A stretch of DNA of 64,000 nucleotides from Bispira polyomma. Taxonomy: Eukaryota. The stretch spans positions 12,276,001 through 12,340,000 of the forward strand of contig OZ287750.1 of assembly GCA_965649765.1 (NCBI GenBank), in the 5' to 3' direction. Positions 62,428-64,000 of this stretch are shown one piece after another. Within the stretch, counting starts at the first letter, position 1; each line of letters starts with the position of its first letter. Under the pieces are notes generated by a model that did not search any database, was not told the DNA's origin, and worked only from the letters and a program-made list of their open reading frames with translations. The translations under genes were made by a program, and so were the position numbers.

Positions 62428-62433
62428 AGAGAC
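62360..62433 (-). tRNA. tRNA-Asn(GTT), intact
   Basis: Matches the intact consensus. Confidence 0.96.
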
Positions 62434-63006
62434 ATGAATATTTGGCAAAATATTTTTCTTTCCGCTGTATGTCACTGTAAGTGTTCATGGTACCTGCAGA
62501 ATTAATATACAAAAAATAATTTTGTCAATAGAAATCAGCTGATAGTAAAAATCCAAGACATGACCCAACAATTCTCAAGATGTAGTAAAAAATAGGATAT
62601 AGTGTTGATAAAAGGATAATCTCCACATGTAAATAATATAGATAAGTGTAGCCTAGATGTTCTTGTGATTTTATCAATGTTAATGACATAAGTACACGTG
62701 ATCTTAAAAGCGCCAATTTACTTTGTCAGTTTAAACATGTGACTGTGCTTATGGTATATAGTAATTTGCTTACATAATGCTACAGCCGAGAATATGAAAT
62801 ATGTTATCCAGACATTTATAGAATCTGCTTAATGAAAGTATCGAAGAAAACTGACAAGTCTAATATGATTATGATGTCTTTAATGCTACAGTTTGGTTCT
62901 TTTGCTCAAAGAAATGAAGTGATCTCTAATGGATTTCAGATTTTGTAATCAATGTGGCTTACAACATCTACATTTAGTAGCTGATGACAGACTCAGTTAT
63001 AAGAAG

Positions 63007-63078
63007 GCCATGATCGTATAGTGGTTAGTACTTCACGTTGTGGCCGTGACAACCCATGTTCGAATCCTGGTCCTGGCA
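63007..63078 (+). tRNA. tRNA-His(GTG) variant (function doubtful)
   Basis: Same as 61134-61205. Confidence 0.55.
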
Positions 63079-63298
63079 TGAATAACTAGCTTTTTATTTA
63101 AACTTGATATTTCCTTCAAAGGTTTATCGGAATTTTTCTGCAATTCATTGTGACATACAGCATTGCAATAAACTATTTTGAACTAAAAGTGGAAGTATTT
63201 GATGAAGCTCTTATCAAATTACTGCGACCTTTCAGAAGTTAGTGAAAGGCATTTATCAACTGATTCTGAACTTGTGAATGTTTCTTAAGCAAATACAA

Positions 63299-63372
63299 CA
63301 TCCTTAGATGTACTCAAACTACCAACCTTTCAGTTAACAGCTTCACGCGCTAACCGATTGCGCCACAGAGAC
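63299..63372 (-). pseudogene. tRNA-Asn(GTT), B-type degenerate
   Basis: Same as 61426-61499. Confidence 0.82.
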
Positions 63373-63944
63373 ATGAATATTTGGCAAAATATTTTCCTTT
63401 CCGCTGTATGTCACTGTAAGTATTCATGGTACCTGCAGAATTAAAGGGTAAAAGATAAATTTGTCAAGAGAAATCAGCTGAGAATAAAAACGAATACATC
63501 ATCCAACAATTCTCAAGATGTAGTAAAAAATAGGACATAGTGTTGTTAAAAGGATAATCTCCACATGTAAATAATAAAGATAAGTGGAGCCTGGATGTTT
63601 TTGTTATTTTATGAGTGTTAATGACATAAGTACACGTGATCTTAAAAGCGCCAATTTACTTTGTCAGTTTAAACATGTGACTGTGCTTATGGTATATAGT
63701 AATTTGCTTACATAATGCTACAGCCGAGAATATGAAATATGTTATCCAGACATTTATAGAATCTGCTTAATGAAAGTATCGAAGAAAACTGACAAGTCTA
63801 ATATGATTATGATGTCTTTAATGCTACAGTTTGGTTCTTTTGCTCAAAGAAATGAAGTGATCTCTAATGGATTCCAGATTTTGTAATCAATGTGGCTTAC
63901 AACATCTACATTTAGTAGCTGATGACAGACTCAGTTATAAGAAG

Positions 63945-64000
63945 GCCATGATCGTATAGTGGTTAGTACTTCACGTTGTGGCCGTGACAACCCAGTTTCG
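63945..64000 (+). tRNA. tRNA-His(GTG), cut off by the window end; G53T in B box
   Basis: First 56 nt only. Confidence 0.55.

Larger units (their letters stand above)
18655..64000. repeat. tRNA-His/tRNA-Asn tandem array (tDNA macrosatellite): ~935-bp monomer, ~1870-bp higher-order dimer, continues beyond the window
   Basis: 46 His(+) and 45 Asn(-) copies strictly alternate, with a ~218-bp convergent spacer and a ~573-bp divergent spacer. The 1870-bp period is also visible in the ORF track. Confidence 0.98.

Noticed and set aside
23168-62505. Repeated 65-aa ORF MLLSNDFEAMNFPKVNTTSLGGLEPPTFRLTAERANRLRHRD...
   Set aside because: It is the antisense translation of tRNA-Asn (GLEPPTFRLTAERANRLRH) plus spacer. 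Its conservation is explained by the tRNA and by array homogenisation.
26034-62716. Repeated 63-aa minus-strand ORF MALL(I/R)SRVLMSL...
   Set aside because: AT-rich spacer sequence, broken by small indels in most units, with no recognisable domain.
21900-64000. CRISPR-like or viral repeat-spacer array
   Set aside because: Spacers are themselves near-identical and hundreds of bp long, the conserved cores are tRNA genes, there are no cas genes, and the context is eukaryotic.
21900-64000. Anticodon-switched or suppressor tRNAs among the variants
   Set aside because: All His copies read by eye retain GTG and all Asn copies retain GTT, including the degenerate ones at 24644 and 57676.
21900-64000. 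5S rRNA, snRNA or spliced-leader gene in the spacers
   Set aside because: No recognisable 5S, U snRNA or SL motif by eye. An Infernal/Rfam scan of one monomer would settle it.

Overview
AT-rich eukaryotic, most likely invertebrate-animal, genomic DNA. The organism cannot be determined from sequence alone. (1) 130-6520: five consecutive in-frame coding exons of a TTLL10-like tubulin polyglycylase gene (+), with introns holding MITEs, a Helentron-associated non-autonomous element (HINE), and SINE and LINE fragments. The C-terminal exons are not in the window. (2) ~6690-18630: a decayed ~12 kb PIF/Harbinger transposon with a spliced MADF/Myb-like gene (+) and a DDE transposase pseudogene (-) in convergent orientation. 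It also contains a nested 5'-truncated L1/Tx1-type LINE with a 15-bp TSD, several minisatellites and unexplained cargo-like DNA. (3) ~18655-64000, running off the window: a tandem tDNA macrosatellite with a ~935-bp monomer carrying tRNA-His(GTG) on + and tRNA-Asn(GTT) on -. By hand count there are 46 His copies (last one partial) and 45 Asn copies. The array has higher-order structure: a 1.87-kb dimer in which a monomer with intact genes alternates with a monomer whose two genes are both damaged, plus traces of 5.6-kb and 3.7-kb periodicity. This array is the best candidate for something undescribed. All calls are from reading the sequence; no database search was run.
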